From contig CBDUZZ010000005.1 in the NCBI GenBank assembly GCA_965371855.1, positions 28,342 through 92,341 on the forward strand: a stretch of 64,000 bases of DNA, in the 5' to 3' direction. Source of the stretch: an uncultured bacterium (GTDB lineage: Bacteria; Bacteroidota; Bacteroidia; Bacteroidales; Marinilabiliaceae). Position 1 is the stretch's first letter. Every line of letters starts with the position of its first letter. The notes below the pieces were generated by a model. The model did not search any database. It worked only from the letters and a program-made list of their open reading frames with translations, and had not been told where the DNA came from. This document shows positions 1 to 10,707 of this stretch, in pieces. The position numbers were made by a program, and so were the translations under genes.

Positions 1-842
1 TATTCATTTTGAAACGAAGGTAATTTTAATACATTATCCATTCTAAAGGAAGAATTGACAGATACACTGGTCTTTTTAGCTCCTTTTTTACCTTTTTTGG
101 TGGTAATTATAAGTGCTCCATCTTTAGCTCTAGATCCATATAAAGCAGATGCTGCAGCACCCTTCAATACTGTAATGGATTCTATATCATCAGGATTTAT
201 ATCACCTGCTTTATTGCCAACATCAACTCCTCCAGCAATAATTTCGTTTCTTGTACCATTATAACTAGAGTTTGAAATAGGAACACCATCTATAACAAAT
301 AAGGGATCATTACCCCCTGCCATAGAACTCGCACCGCGAATTAAGATTTTCGAACTTCCTCCTAGAGAACCAGACTGTTGAGTAATTCGTACGCCGGCAA
401 CTTTACCTGCCAAGGAGTTAAGTACATTTGCATCTCTAGCTTCGGTTAATGCTTCAGACTCTACTGTTGAAATAGCATAACCTAAAGATCGTTTTACCCT
501 TTTAATACCAATAGCAGTAACAATGACCTCATCAAGGTCTAAAGTTTCAGATTCCATAGCTATGTTTATCACAGTTCTTCCTTCGATAGGAACTTCCTGT
601 GTAACCATACCTATAAAAGAAAAGATTAAATGGGTTGCATCTGCAGGTGCAGATAATGAGTACTTCCCATTCTCATCAGTAATAGTACCAATAGTAGTAC
701 CTTTTACTACGATGGAAACACCCGGTACAGAGCTTCCATCCTCACTACTGGTAATTGTACCAGTAATGGTCTTTGTTTGGGCCATTAAAGAATTAATGCC
801 TACAAAGACAATTAAGAACAAAATTAAAGTTAATCTACGCAT
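1..842 (-). CDS. SusC/RagA-family TonB-linked outer-membrane receptor, N-terminal part (3' end lies beyond the window start)
   Basis: Absent from the ORF track because it is open at the window edge. Hand translation of the minus strand from ATG 840-842 gives MRRLTLILFLIVFVGINSLMAQTKTITGTITSSEDGSSVPGVSIVVKGTTIGTITDENGKYSL...DEVIVTAIGIKR...LAGKVAGVRITQQSGSLGGSSKILIRGASS...DPLFVIDGVPI...ITVLKGAAASALYGSRAKDGALIITTKKG. This is a signal peptide, a carboxypeptidase-regulatory-like domain and a plug. Plus-strand ORFs 55..264 and 523..849 are antisense shadows of it. Confidence 0.85.
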   Translation of the reverse strand, partial: MRRLTLILFLIVFVGINSLMAQTKTITGTITSSEDGSSVPGVSIVVKGTTIGTITDENGKYSLSAPADATHLIFSFIGMVTQEVPIEGRTVINIAMESETLDLDEVIVTAIGIKRVKRSLGYAISTVESEALTEARDANVLNSLAGKVAGVRITQQSGSLGGSSKILIRGASSMAGGNDPLFVIDGVPISNSSYNGTRNEIIAGGVDVGNKAGDINPDDIESITVLKGAAASALYGSRAKDGALIITTKKGKKGAKKTSVSVNSSFRMDNVLKLPSFQNE

Positions 843-1304
843 AAAATAAAGGTTTAAATTAATTAATAGTGTTTAGAATAATTGCTTAAATCATAAGCTT
901 CATGTTAAATTCATTTTCAAAATTTGTTAATCATAAAATTTTAAAGATTTAATTTTCAATACATTAATAATACTTTATCCGGAATCAATCTCCGGCAGAT
1001 AATAGTTTTTGTTTTTCATTTATTAGTAGTTTTTTATTACATCGATAAATATAGGTTAATTTTATATAAATTCTAATAAATAATAACTTTTTTTCGATTA
1101 TACGAAAACTTCAATGTTTTTCTTCAAATCTTATGAAAGCCATATAACATAAACGATTTATCATCTATCATTTTTTTTTGACATGATAAATATCATTCGC
1201 AAAGATAATATTTAGAATAAAACATCCCAAATAAATATTAAAATATTCACCTGCTTTGTTAAATAATCTTAAATGTAGATTTGTGAATACATGTATTTCG
1301 TTGG

Positions 1305-1344
1305 GAATTACGAATTACGAATTACGAATTAGGAATTAGGAATT
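1305..1344. repeat. Tandem heptamer array GAATTAC x3, GAATTAG x2, plus a partial unit
   Basis: Read directly: gaattac gaattac gaattac gaattag gaattag gaatt. It lies in the spacer between the xylE stop and the susC-like start. Confidence 0.95.
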
Positions 1345-1422
1345 TTGAAGCATATATGTGGATTGTAGATGGAATAATTGTAGCACAAAAAACCACAAAG
1401 AAAACTTATAATTGTACAATTA

Positions 1423-1445
1423 TATCATTGTATCATTGTATCATT
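1423..1445. repeat. Tandem octamer TATCATTG x3
   Basis: tatcattg tatcattg tatcatt, ending 3 nt before the xylE stop codon (1449-1451). Confidence 0.9.
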
Positions 1446-1448
1446 AAA

Positions 1449-2867
1449 CTACTTCTCCCAGAATTGCTCCATCTCTTCGAGTGTCTTACCTTTTGTTTCG
1501 GGAACCATACGCCAAACAAACAAAGTAGCCAGAATACCCATTAATCCATAAATCCAATATGCAAAACCATGATTAAACATTTCTGTTAACCATGAATTAT
1601 TATTAAGCATTGGGAATGTCCAGGATACCAAATAATTAGCAATCCATTGGGCTGCTACCGCTATTGCCATAGCACGTCCACGTATTTTGTTCGGAAATAT
1701 CTCCGATAATAATACCCATGTTACAGGTCCCCATGACATTGCAAAGAAAGCCACATAAGTAAGCATAAAAATCAATGCCCCTATACCCAATGATTGTAGA
1801 TAGAATGCCAGCCCTAATGAAACCATACTAACCGCCATCCCTATTGCACCAATAATCTGCAATGGTTTTCTGCCAAACCTGTCAACTGTAAAAATTGCGA
1901 TAACAGTAAATGTCAGATTAATTATTCCAACAATAATAGTTTGCATTAATGCGTTGTTCGTTCCGGATCCCATATTTTTAAATATCTCAGGTGCATAATA
2001 CAAAACCACATTAATACCTACAAACTGCTGAAAAACAGACAACAATATACCAACAATAATTACCACATAACCAAATGAAAAAAGAGCACTGCTTTTTTTA
2101 CTTGCTAATGACCTTTTAATATCTTCCAATATTTTTTTTGCCTTTTCTGCCCCATTTACTTTAGTTAATACATTAAGGGCATCTCCTTCACGTTTTTTAA
2201 TAACCAGCCAACGTGGACTTTCAGGAACAAAAAACAGTAAAATAAAGAACAGAATAGCCGGAATAGTTTCAGAAGCAAACATCCATCTCCATCCAATTTT
2301 ATCAAGCCATGTATTATCCCCCTTAAGAGCAATAGAATAATTAACAAAGTAAACTATAAGCATTCCGAATATTATGGCAAACTGGTTCCATGATACCAAA
2401 TTTCCTCGTTTTGATGCAGGAGCCATCTCTGCAATATATAAAGGTGATAGCATTGAAGCCAAACCCACTCCAATACCACCTATAATACGGTATATTACAA
2501 ACTGTGTTAAATAAAGATGATTTCCGGTACCTATTTCAGCAAACCCAAGTTCAGGCATTGCTGAGCCAATAGCCGAAAATGTAAACAAAATAGCAGCAAG
2601 CCTCAATGTTGAACGCCGCCCCAAATGAAGTGCTAACAATCCGCCTGAAAAACCTCCAATAATACAACCTATTAATGCACTGGAAACAACAAACCCGTGT
2701 AATGAATTTGCTTCAAACTCTTCCAACCCCTGTGGTAGAATAAAAAAGCTTTTAAGTGAGCCTACTGTTCCTGAAATAACTGCTGTATCGTAACCGAATA
2801 ATAGTCCACCCAAAGTGGCTACCAGAGTTATTCCGATGACATAATTCTTGTTATATTTCTGATTCAT
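1449..2867 (-). CDS. xylE: MFS sugar:H+ symporter, D-xylose transporter-like
   Basis: 472-aa multi-TM protein with GGLLFGYDTAVISG near the N-terminus and a PESPRWL motif, both typical of the sugar porter family. It is the last gene of the xylB-xylA-xylE cluster. Confidence 0.8.
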   Translation of the reverse strand: MNQKYNKNYVIGITLVATLGGLLFGYDTAVISGTVGSLKSFFILPQGLEEFEANSLHGFVVSSALIGCIIGGFSGGLLALHLGRRSTLRLAAILFTFSAIGSAMPELGFAEIGTGNHLYLTQFVIYRIIGGIGVGLASMLSPLYIAEMAPASKRGNLVSWNQFAIIFGMLIVYFVNYSIALKGDNTWLDKIGWRWMFASETIPAILFFILLFFVPESPRWLVIKKREGDALNVLTKVNGAEKAKKILEDIKRSLASKKSSALFSFGYVVIIVGILLSVFQQFVGINVVLYYAPEIFKNMGSGTNNALMQTIIVGIINLTFTVIAIFTVDRFGRKPLQIIGAIGMAVSMVSLGLAFYLQSLGIGALIFMLTYVAFFAMSWGPVTWVLLSEIFPNKIRGRAMAIAVAAQWIANYLVSWTFPMLNNNSWLTEMFNHGFAYWIYGLMGILATLFVWRMVPETKGKTLEEMEQFWEK

Positions 2868-2887
2868 AGTTTATGGTTAATTGTTGA

Positions 2888-2989
2888 TTACCTGTTTATT
2901 TGGTTATTGGTTACCTGTTTATTTGGTTATTGGTTATTGGTTATTGGTTATTGAGTGTTGGATATTGGATATTGAATATTGAATATTGA
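2888..2989. repeat. Composite tandem array: 23-mer x2, then eight heptamers (TTATTGG / ATATTGG / ATATTGA types)
   Basis: ttacctgtttatttggttattgg occurs at 2888-2910 and 2911-2933, followed by ttattgg ttattgg ttattga gtgttgg atattgg atattga atattga atattga. An inverted partial copy, ccaatatcaataaccaat, lies at 3004-3021. The array fills the xylA-xylE intercistronic spacer. Confidence 0.95.
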
Positions 2990-3036
2990 TTTTCCCTGAA
3001 CACCCAATATCAATAACCAATTTCCAGCCTCCAGCA

Positions 3037-4362
3037 TCAAATATAAAGATTAATTAACTGCTCGTACAGCTCTTGTTTACCACTTCTTTGTTGGGGTTCT
3101 CCCACGCTCCCTGCAATCTCATACAAATCTTCAAGCGATAGTTTACCGGCCGAAAATTCGGATCCTTTACCTGTATCAAAAGAAGCATACCGATTATTTC
3201 TCATTTTCATATAATCAGACTCATTTAGTATTCTGTCAGCAATAAGCAATGCCCGGGCAAAAACATCCATACCACCAATGTGGGCAATAAACAGGTCTTC
3301 CAGATCGGTTGAATTACGACGAGTTTTTGCATCAAAGTTTATACCTCCATGGGTAAAACCACCTCCCTGTATTATTTCCAGCATTGCAACTGTAGTTTCA
3401 TAAATATTTGTAGGGAACTCATCGGTATCCCATCCGTTTTGATAATCACCTTTATTGGCATCTATCGAACCAAGCAGACCGGCATCAGTGGCAACACGCA
3501 GTTCATGCTCGAATGTGTGCTGTGCTAAAGTAGCATGATTGACTTCAATATTCATTTTAAAATCTTTATCCAAACCATAATGGCGAAGGAAACCAATAAC
3601 AGTAGCAGTATCGAAGTCATACTGATGTTTTGTAGGTTCCATAGGTTTGGGTTCAATAAAAAACGTACCGGTAAAACCCTGTTTGCGACCGTAATCTCTG
3701 GCTATTGTAAGCATCTGTGCCAAATGATCCAGCTCTATTTTCATATTGGTATTGTGCAGAGACATATACCCTTCACGGCCTCCCCAGAAAACATAACCTG
3801 TACCACCCAAAGCAATAGTTGCATCAATAGCATTTTTAATTTGAACTCCAGCATTTGCAACAACATTAAAATCAGGGTTTGTAGCAGCACCATTCATATA
3901 CCTCGGATCGGAAAAGACGTTTGCAGTACCCCACAACAGCTTCACTCCGGATGCTTCCTGTTTTCGTTTTGCAAGGTCAACTATTTTTGATAATTTCTTT
4001 TCGATATGAAATACGGAACCTCCACCAACTAAATCGGTATCATGAAAGCAATAATGGGGCACACCTAATTTAGTGATAAACTCAAATGCAGCGTCCAGTT
4101 TGGCCTTAGCAGCATCCATCTCACCGGCCGGCTTGTCCCATTCTAATAATTTTGTTCCGGGACCAAAGGGATCACCTCCTGTTCCGCAAAATGTATGCCA
4201 GTAAGCTACCGCAAAACGTAGATGCTCTTTCATTGTTTTATCACCTACAATTTTATTCTCATCATACCATTTAAATGCTAATGGATTTTTAGACTCTTTG
4301 CCTTCGTACTCAACCTTGTCTATTCCTTTAAAGTACTCCTTCTCTCCTATTAATACGCTCAT
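3037..4362 (-). CDS. xylA: Xylose isomerase
   Basis: Motifs [35 protein letters not shown] and [18 protein letters not shown] moved the start to ATG 4360-4362 ([13 protein letters not shown]...). The 47 extra residues in track ORF 3037..4503 are read-through of a heptamer array. Confidence 0.95.
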   Translation of the reverse strand: MSVLIGEKEYFKGIDKVEYEGKESKNPLAFKWYDENKIVGDKTMKEHLRFAVAYWHTFCGTGGDPFGPGTKLLEWDKPAGEMDAAKAKLDAAFEFITKLGVPHYCFHDTDLVGGGSVFHIEKKLSKIVDLAKRKQEASGVKLLWGTANVFSDPRYMNGAATNPDFNVVANAGVQIKNAIDATIALGGTGYVFWGGREGYMSLHNTNMKIELDHLAQMLTIARDYGRKQGFTGTFFIEPKPMEPTKHQYDFDTATVIGFLRHYGLDKDFKMNIEVNHATLAQHTFEHELRVATDAGLLGSIDANKGDYQNGWDTDEFPTNIYETTVAMLEIIQGGGFTHGGINFDAKTRRNSTDLEDLFIAHIGGMDVFARALLIADRILNESDYMKMRNNRYASFDTGKGSEFSAGKLSLEDLYEIAGSVGEPQQRSGKQELYEQLINLYI

Positions 4363-4370
4363 GTTAGTGT

Positions 4371-4469
4371 TGTTTATTTGGTTATTTGTTCCTTGTTTCT
4401 GGTTCCTTGTTTCTGGTTCCTTGTTCCTTGTTTCTTGTTCCTTGTTTCTTGTTCCTTGTTCCTTGTTTG
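4371..4469. repeat. 15-mer TGTTTATTTGGTTAT followed by about 12 tandem heptamers (GTTCCTT / GTTTCTT / GTTTCTG)
   Basis: Read directly. The array fills the whole xylB-stop to xylA-start spacer. The 15-mer is also present twice in the 2888-2933 array (2893-2907 and 2916-2930). Confidence 0.95.
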
Positions 4470-5957
4470 TCAATTTATCATTAAAAGAAGCTTCTTCTCC
4501 CACTTTTCGTAAGCCTTATCCAATGACTCTTTCCATTCTTTTTCAGGATTAATTGTTTCAACGCATTTCAAACCACTAAAGGCTTCTTTTTCCGATTTAT
4601 AGTATCCCAGACCCAGTCCGGCACCGCGAGCTGCTCCCGCCGAACCGTCGGTATTATACAGTTCAATAACAGCACCACTAAGTGTTGCCAATGTTTTTGC
4701 AAATACTTCACTCTGAAAAAGATTAGCGTATCCTGCACGAATAAGATTTGTATCTATGCCCATATCATTTATGATATTCATTCCGTAATAAAATGAAAAA
4801 GCAATACCTTCCAAAGCAGCCCTTAAAAGATGCTTATCCTGATGAATATTAAAATTAATATCTGTAAACTGAGCTCCCGGATTTGCGTTCTCCAACATAC
4901 GTTCGGCACCATTACCAAACGGAAAGCACAATACTCCTTCACTACCGGGATCAACCTCTTCAGCCATTTTGTTCAAAGCCGGATAATCAAAACGCTCCTG
5001 TCCCATCAAACGTTTAAGCCAGGCATATTGAATTCCTGTACCATTCACACATAACAGTACACCCAATCGCTTAACATTTCGGGTATGATTAACATGAGCA
5101 AAAACATTTACTCTTGAACGCAGATCAAATACTTTTTCCCCGGCAACGGCATATACCACTCCTGATGTTCCGCCGGTAGCTGCCACCTCACCCGGATTAA
5201 GTACATTAAGTGAAAAAGCATTATTCGGTTGATCGCCTGCACGGTATGTTACCGGTATCCCCGATTTTAATCCGAGTTCTTTTGCCACATCTTTTTTCAG
5301 AGTTACCTGATCACCAAAGCCCGGCACAACATCAGGAATCATTCTTTTCTCAAAACCATAATAATCCAACAACTTTTCAGATAAAGAGTTGGTCTCAAAA
5401 TCCCAGAATATTCCTTCAGAAAGTCCGGATATAGTTGTTGTGGTTTTACCCGACAATCGCATAGCGATATAATCACCCGGAAGTAAAAATTTATCAACTT
5501 TATTATAAAGTTCAGGTTCGTTATCTTTTACCCATTTAAGTTTTGATGCGGTAAAATTACCAGGTGAATTAAGTAAGTGAGTTAAACTCCACTCTTCACC
5601 CAATTCCACTGTCGCTTTATCTCCTATGCTTACAGCCCGGCTATCACACCAAATAATAGAAGGACGAATAACCTGCTGTTTTTTATCTACCAAAACTAAG
5701 CCATGCATCTGATAACTAATTCCTATTGCACTAATCTCTTCCCTATCTACATCAGCCCTTTGTAAAACTTCCGAAATTGCCTTCTGCAAATAGACAAACC
5801 ACATTTCCGGCGATTGTTCTGCCCAATCTGACTGAACGGAAACAATCTCCATCTCTTCTTTTGGTTGTTGCGCCTGTACAATTACGTCTCCTGTACTCCC
5901 ATCAATAACCGAAACCTTAACGGATGAACTACCTAAATCAATACCTAAAAATTGCAT
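4470..5957 (-). CDS. xylB: Xylulokinase (FGGY carbohydrate kinase)
   Basis: [15 protein letters not shown]... N-terminal kinase motif and FGGY-family length (495 aa). It lies directly upstream of xylA. Confidence 0.85.
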   Translation of the reverse strand: MQFLGIDLGSSSVKVSVIDGSTGDVIVQAQQPKEEMEIVSVQSDWAEQSPEMWFVYLQKAISEVLQRADVDREEISAIGISYQMHGLVLVDKKQQVIRPSIIWCDSRAVSIGDKATVELGEEWSLTHLLNSPGNFTASKLKWVKDNEPELYNKVDKFLLPGDYIAMRLSGKTTTTISGLSEGIFWDFETNSLSEKLLDYYGFEKRMIPDVVPGFGDQVTLKKDVAKELGLKSGIPVTYRAGDQPNNAFSLNVLNPGEVAATGGTSGVVYAVAGEKVFDLRSRVNVFAHVNHTRNVKRLGVLLCVNGTGIQYAWLKRLMGQERFDYPALNKMAEEVDPGSEGVLCFPFGNGAERMLENANPGAQFTDINFNIHQDKHLLRAALEGIAFSFYYGMNIINDMGIDTNLIRAGYANLFQSEVFAKTLATLSGAVIELYNTDGSAGAARGAGLGLGYYKSEKEAFSGLKCVETINPEKEWKESLDKAYEKWEKKLLLMIN

Positions 5958-5988
5958 AGTCTGTTATGTTCTGTTCTGTTTGTGTTAG

Positions 5989-5996
5989 CAAAAGTA
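5989..5996 (-). promoter_or_regulatory. Possible Bacteroidota -7 promoter box (TAnnTTTG) for the xyl operon
   Basis: The minus strand reads TACTTTTG about 32 nt upstream of the xylB ATG. I saw no clean -33 TTTG. Confidence 0.3.
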
Positions 5997-6033
5997 GTAA
6001 TTTTTTATTAAAACACAATACAATAAGAGATAA

Positions 6034-6081
6034 CGGCTAAATATTATCCGTCAATAAAAAGCCGGACAGGTTTTGAGGTGC
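6034..6081 (-). promoter_or_regulatory. Bipartite motif GCACCTCAAAA-N23-ATAATATTTAGCCG, copy A, pointing at xylB
   Basis: The same two half-sites recur at 52685-52707 (N0) and 52900-52943 (N19). This copy ends 76 nt upstream of the xylB ATG. Confidence 0.5.
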
Positions 6082-6130
6082 TACTATTTAAAGAGGTTGA
6101 TATTAAAAAAAATGAGTATCCGTATGAATA

Positions 6131-6293
6131 CCTAATTGGGGTAAACGAATTGAGTTAATAAATATGTAAATTAAGCCCCTTTAGGGGTTTGGGGTAGTTA
6201 ACCTTCACCCCTCAGTCCCCTAAAGGGGATGACTGTATGGTATTTTAATTCACCCCCAATTGACTTCGCCTATCTTCGATTCCCCTAAGGGGA
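6131..6293. repeat. Cluster of GC-rich mini-palindromes (CCCCT-loop-AGGGG type)
   Basis: gcccctttaggggt (6175-6188), GGGG 6191-6194 paired with CCCC 6208-6211, tcccctaaagggga (6216-6229) and tcccctaagggga (6281-6293). An outer pair, cctaattggggt (6131-6142) and acccccaattg (6252-6262), encloses the first three but not the fourth. The cluster lies just downstream of the V-ATPase operon. Confidence 0.7.
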
Positions 6294-6321
6294 GCTGATT
6301 AGCAACTTAGTATGTTATATT

Positions 6322-8614
<2,293 letters not shown>

Positions 8615-8618
<4 letters not shown>

Positions 8619-9220
8619 GACTCAACCTCCTCCATTTGTTGTTGACGTGTTTTAACAATCTTCTGAGCCGATTTAGAGAGATTCTCCTCATCCTCAAGGA
8701 ATCGTTTAATCTTTCTTATAGCCTCCTGATATCCGGGAATCTGAACTTTCTCATAAAGATTAACTTTCTGAGTTGTCTTTTTCCTGGCAAAATCCAGCAA
8801 ATCCATTTTTCGAAGATAAACCTCCCGCTCAATACCTATCCGGGCTAAATCTTCAATCAAATTTATACCATCATAAAACCAAACCGGTTGATTAAATAAA
8901 CTAAATTCCTTTATCTGAAATAGAACTTCTTTTAGCACCGGAGTTTGAACTCCGGCTATTTTTTTAGCATCAAGATTTACATCGTCTATACTAATAAGTG
9001 AAGTATCAAACTCTCCCCACAATCGAACCATATGATCGTATTGAGTTATCATTTGTTGTAATTCCTTATCAAGAACCTTGGCCCGGTCTTTTGCACGTTT
9101 CACTTCCAGTCGCAATGCTGACTCTTTATTTTTAAGAGTAGGCAAAGCCCGTTCACGCATCTTGAGATTTTTATCAAGATGCTGAAGCGAAATCTTATTG
9201 TATTGAAATTTTATAGCCAC
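8615..9220 (-). CDS. ntpD: V-type ATPase subunit D
   Basis: 201-aa charged coiled-coil protein (ALPTLKNKESALRLEV...). Its stop overlaps the subunit I start by 4 nt. Confidence 0.85.
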
Positions 9221-9226
9221 GCTTTT

Positions 9227-9290
9227 GGATTTACGATTTATGATTTATGATATTTGGATTTACGATATTTGGATTTATGATTTATGATAC
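9227..9290. repeat. Tandem heptamer array (GATTTAC / GATTTAT / GATATTT types)
   Basis: ggatttacgatttatgatttatgatatttggatttacgatatttggatttatgatttatgatac, in the spacer between the subunit B stop and the subunit D start. Confidence 0.9.
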
Positions 9291-9328
9291 TCATTTTAAT
9301 TTTATTTTTTTTATTTATAACATCCTAA

Positions 9329-9348
9329 CATCCCCACATCGTAAATCC
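9329..9348. repeat. Inverted copy of array words (CATCCCCACATC + ATCGTAAATCC)
   Basis: atcgtaaatcc (9338-9348) is the exact reverse complement of ggatttacgat at 9227-9237 and 9256-9266. catccccacatc is the reverse complement of gatgtggggatg at 46996-47007. Confidence 0.85.
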
Positions 9349-9357
9349 TTACATCCA

Positions 9358-10698
9358 TTAATCCTTTATCCAATATTCATCCATAAACTCTTGCTTAATA
9401 CCCACTTCTGCTTTGGTAAAATACTCCATAAACAGTTTCCATGAAATATCCAACATCATCTCTGTGTCTACATTCACATCTATAGCAAGTAGTTTGTCTG
9501 AATACTCTTTTGCAAAGTTCATTGTTCTCTCATCATAATCGGTAAGGTCGAAACCATTTTCCATCTTTGTCCTTGCATTTGCAGCATCAGCATACAATCT
9601 GATTGCAGCATTCATAACCTGAGGATGGTCAGTACGGGTTTGTTTACCAATAACCAACTGCTTAAGACGTGATAAACTACGGAATGGGTCAATAATTACT
9701 TTACCTATATCGGTGTCACGACGCAGGAACAACTGCCCTTCGGTGATATATCCTGTATTATCAGGAATAGCATGTGTAATATCACCTCCCGAAAGTGTAG
9801 TTACTGCAATAATAGTGATAGAACCACCGGCAGGAAATTGTACAGCTTTCTCATAAATACGAGCTAAATCGGAATATAGCGAACCCGGCATACTATCTTT
9901 CGAAGGTATTTGGTCCATCCTGTTTGACACAATACTTAATGCATCAGCAAAAAGTGTCATATCGGTTAACAATACCAATACTTTTTCATTCTTATCAACC
10001 GCAAAATATTCAGCAGCAGTAAGAGCCATGTCAGGTACGAGCAATCGCTCCACCGGAGGATTCTCGGTTGTATTTACAAAACTGATGATACGGTCAAGTG
10101 CTCCGGCATTATCAAAAACATTCTTAAAAAAGAGATAATCATCATTAGACAATCCCATACCACCAAGAATAATTTTATCTGCTTCTGCTCTTAAAGCCAC
10201 ATTAGCCATAACCTGATTATAAGGCTGGTCAGGGTCAGCGAAGAATGGAATCTTCTGTCCTGTAACCAAAGAGTTATTCAGGTCGATACCGGCAATACCG
10301 GTAGCAATTAACTGTGATGGTTGTTTACGCCTTACCGGGTTTACTGATGGTGAACCGATATCCCGAATTTCACCTTCTACTTCAGGCCCCCCGTCAATAG
10401 GTTCACCGTAAGCATTGAAGAAACGCCCTGCCAACTGATCACTAACCTTTAGTCGTGGCGGATGCCCCATAAAGATAACTTCAGCATTTGTGGGTATTCC
10501 CTCGGTACCGGAAAACACCTGCAATGTAACATTCTCACCAATAATCTTCACCACCTGCCCCAGTCGCCCATGTATCATGGCTATCTCATCATAGCCAATC
10601 CCCTGTGCTTTTAATTGAACAGTAGCTTTAGTGATATTGGTGATTTTTGCATATACTTTTTGAAACGCTTGTTTTTCCATGAATTTATATTTTTCCAA
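9358..10698 (-). CDS. ntpB: V-type ATPase subunit B
   Basis: 446 aa, with regulatory (non-catalytic) AB-family sequence such as SMPGSLYSDLARIYE and ITIIAVTTLSGGDITH. Confidence 0.93.
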   Translation of the reverse strand: MEKYKFMEKQAFQKVYAKITNITKATVQLKAQGIGYDEIAMIHGRLGQVVKIIGENVTLQVFSGTEGIPTNAEVIFMGHPPRLKVSDQLAGRFFNAYGEPIDGGPEVEGEIRDIGSPSVNPVRRKQPSQLIATGIAGIDLNNSLVTGQKIPFFADPDQPYNQVMANVALRAEADKIILGGMGLSNDDYLFFKNVFDNAGALDRIISFVNTTENPPVERLLVPDMALTAAEYFAVDKNEKVLVLLTDMTLFADALSIVSNRMDQIPSKDSMPGSLYSDLARIYEKAVQFPAGGSITIIAVTTLSGGDITHAIPDNTGYITEGQLFLRRDTDIGKVIIDPFRSLSRLKQLVIGKQTRTDHPQVMNAAIRLYADAANARTKMENGFDLTDYDERTMNFAKEYSDKLLAIDVNVDTEMMLDISWKLFMEYFTKAEVGIKQEFMDEYWIKD

Positions 10699-10707
10699 AA
10701 ACGATTC

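Noticed and set aside
523-849. Sizeable ORFs antisense to clear genes, for example 55..264, 523..849, 3535..3990, 11585..11863, 32933..33364, 38225..38686, 42669..43124 and 20940..21269.
   Set aside because: Each lies entirely within a well-supported gene on the other strand. Their sequences are low-complexity or compositionally odd, with no recognisable motifs. They are typical shadow ORFs.
4363-4503. A 47-residue low-complexity N-terminal extension of xylose isomerase ([47 protein letters not shown]) in track ORF 3037..4503.
   Set aside because: It is simply the heptamer array read in frame, and it overlaps the xylB 3' end. Canonical XylA sequence begins at the internal Met (ATG 4360-4362).
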